64,000 nt of DNA, taken from the NCBI GenBank assembly GCA_963767735.1, contig CAVYES010000006.1, positions 224,001-288,000 of the forward strand, read 5' to 3'. Below, piece after piece: positions 62,693 through 64,000 of this stretch. The translations under genes were made by a program, and so were the position numbers. Source of the DNA: Candidatus Bathyarchaeota archaeon. Lineage in GTDB: Archaea > Thermoproteota > Bathyarchaeia > Bathyarchaeales > Bathycorpusculaceae. The number at the start of each line of letters is the position of its first letter. Positions within the stretch are counted from its first letter, which is position 1. A model generated the notes under the pieces. It saw only the letters and a program-made list of their open reading frames with translations, was not told where the DNA came from and made no database searches.

Positions 62693-63994
62693 TCATTCTT
62701 TCTGAAGCTTTGCTATGAAGAAGCCGTTGCATTGATGAAGCTGCGGATAGAGTCTTTGGCATTTTGTTAGTTCGCGTAGTCCAGGCAAGCCGATTTTAGG
62801 CTCTATTTCTGCCAAGTTGAATTCTGGGTGCCACTTTAGGAACCGCTCAATTATCATCTCATTCTCTTCCACCGTTATGCTGCATGTTGAGTAGGTTAAT
62901 GCTCCTCCGTCGGCGACTTTTTCGGCGCAGCTGCTAATCATTTTCCACTGGATTGCCGCCATTTTCTCGGCGGATTTTGGTCTGAGCCGCCATTTTGCTG
63001 AGGGTTGCTTGGCGAAGACGCCTGTGCTGGTGCATGGCGGATCCAAAATAACCAAATCCGCTTGCATGGTGAAGGGCAAAGGTTTGCATGCATCGGCAAT
63101 TACTGGCTCAGCAATTTTGGTTCCCATGCGGGCGGTTTCTTTTTTCCACACTTTCATTCTTCTATTCGAAAAATCAATTGAGCTTATGCTGCCTTCGTTA
63201 TGCATTAGCTGAGCTAAATATGTCGTTTTGGCGCCGGGTGCAGCGCAAACATCAAAAACTACGCATCCTGGTTTGGGGTCTGCGGCTTGTGCGGCGAAGC
63301 AGCTTGCTTTATCTTGAATGTAAAATAAGCCTTCTTTGTAGCTGAGTAGCGTGTTTAGGGGCTTTTTCATTTCCCCGATTTTGTAGGTGAACTTTAGCGG
63401 TTCGGCTTTTTCTGCTTTAACGCCTTCTGCCTCAAGTTTCTGCACAATTTCCTCTTCGGTTGCCATTAAAGTGTTGACTCGGATGTAGGTGGACGGCGGA
63501 GTTATGCTTCCCTCTAAGAATGCAATGGCTTCGTTGCGTCCAAAAAGCCTGTAACAGTACTTAACGAACCATGAAGGATGAAAGGTTTGCAAACTAACCC
63601 TCTCCACGTCGCTTGCCTCCTTCAGGATCGGCTCCAGCTGGCGCGTCAGCAAAAAGCCCAAAATCGGCTCAACTTCCCGTACAATTTCCCATCCCAGAAT
63701 AGACCTGCCAAGACCAGCGATGCTCTCAGCTTCCTGCATGTTAATTTTAGCCCAATTCTTGGCAACACGCGTCTGATAAACATAAAGCCGCAGAAAAGAT
63801 TGGATGCCTAAATTGTACTCGCCGATTTTTTTGGGCGCCACAACTGTGTTGACGAATTTGTCTATGAGGTTTCTGCGCCGTGTGGTTTCAACAACTAACC
63901 CGTAAGCGTAGCGGATAGCGTTGGGGTCGCTTGCGCCAAGCTGCTTGATTGTTCTTGCCAGGGCTAAGCGTTCGCTTAGTTTCTGCATCTCCAT
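62693..63994 (-). CDS. RsmB/NOP2 (Fmu) RNA m5C methyltransferase, likely 5'-truncated by window
   Basis: IRVNTL, IQDKAS, DVCAAPGAKT, LDPPCTSTG, YSTCS, GFFIAKL. Confidence 0.9.
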   Translation of the reverse strand: MEMQKLSERLALARTIKQLGASDPNAIRYAYGLVVETTRRRNLIDKFVNTVVAPKKIGEYNLGIQSFLRLYVYQTRVAKNWAKINMQEAESIAGLGRSILGWEIVREVEPILGFLLTRQLEPILKEASDVERVSLQTFHPSWFVKYCYRLFGRNEAIAFLEGSITPPSTYIRVNTLMATEEEIVQKLEAEGVKAEKAEPLKFTYKIGEMKKPLNTLLSYKEGLFYIQDKASCFAAQAADPKPGCVVFDVCAAPGAKTTYLAQLMHNEGSISSIDFSNRRMKVWKKETARMGTKIAEPVIADACKPLPFTMQADLVILDPPCTSTGVFAKQPSAKWRLRPKSAEKMAAIQWKMISSCAEKVADGGALTYSTCSITVEENEMIIERFLKWHPEFNLAEIEPKIGLPGLRELTKCQRLYPQLHQCNGFFIAKLQKE

Positions 63995-64000
63995 CCAGCT

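Noticed and set aside
276-63811. Numerous short antisense or overlapping ORFs in the track (e.g. 4161..4478, 8945..9472, 39684..40256, 57998..58588)
   Set aside because: Shadows of well-supported genes on the opposite strand with no recognisable motifs.

Overview
Archaeal chromosomal segment, most likely Bathyarchaeia. This is inferred from the thermosome, prefoldin beta, archaeal CobY/CobZ/CobT, the Tes-like enzyme and long PQQ-repeat surface proteins with C-terminal TM anchors. Roughly 2-42 kb forms an unusual island that interleaves four gene sets. (i) Six cobalamin-binding (class B) radical SAM paralogs. (ii) A translationally coupled NDP-sugar epimerase / DGGGP-synthase-like UbiA / tetraether synthase (Tes-like) operon, plus a radical SAM-SPASM enzyme resembling archaeal lipid-modifying enzymes. 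(iii) Cobamide nucleotide-loop genes (cbiB, cobD, cobT, cobZ, two cobS, two cobY) and three DUF71/Dph6-like PP-loop ATPases. (iv) Six glycosyltransferases. The best hypothesis is a B12-supplied tetraether-lipid tailoring cluster; cobamide tailoring is the alternative. The region 42-64 kb is mostly housekeeping (EndoIV, ECF module, DHH, PfdB, Sua5, thermosome, ThyA-like, 2x MoeA, agmatinase, RsmB/NOP2). It also holds a PSMG4/PAC4-like proteasome chaperone candidate, an unannotated 41-aa zinc-ribbon ORF and a GH130 remnant. At least 12 genes carry single-base frameshifts, probably sequencing or assembly errors. No rRNA, tRNA, CRISPR array or mobile element was seen. All family calls come from motif recognition by eye, not from database searches.
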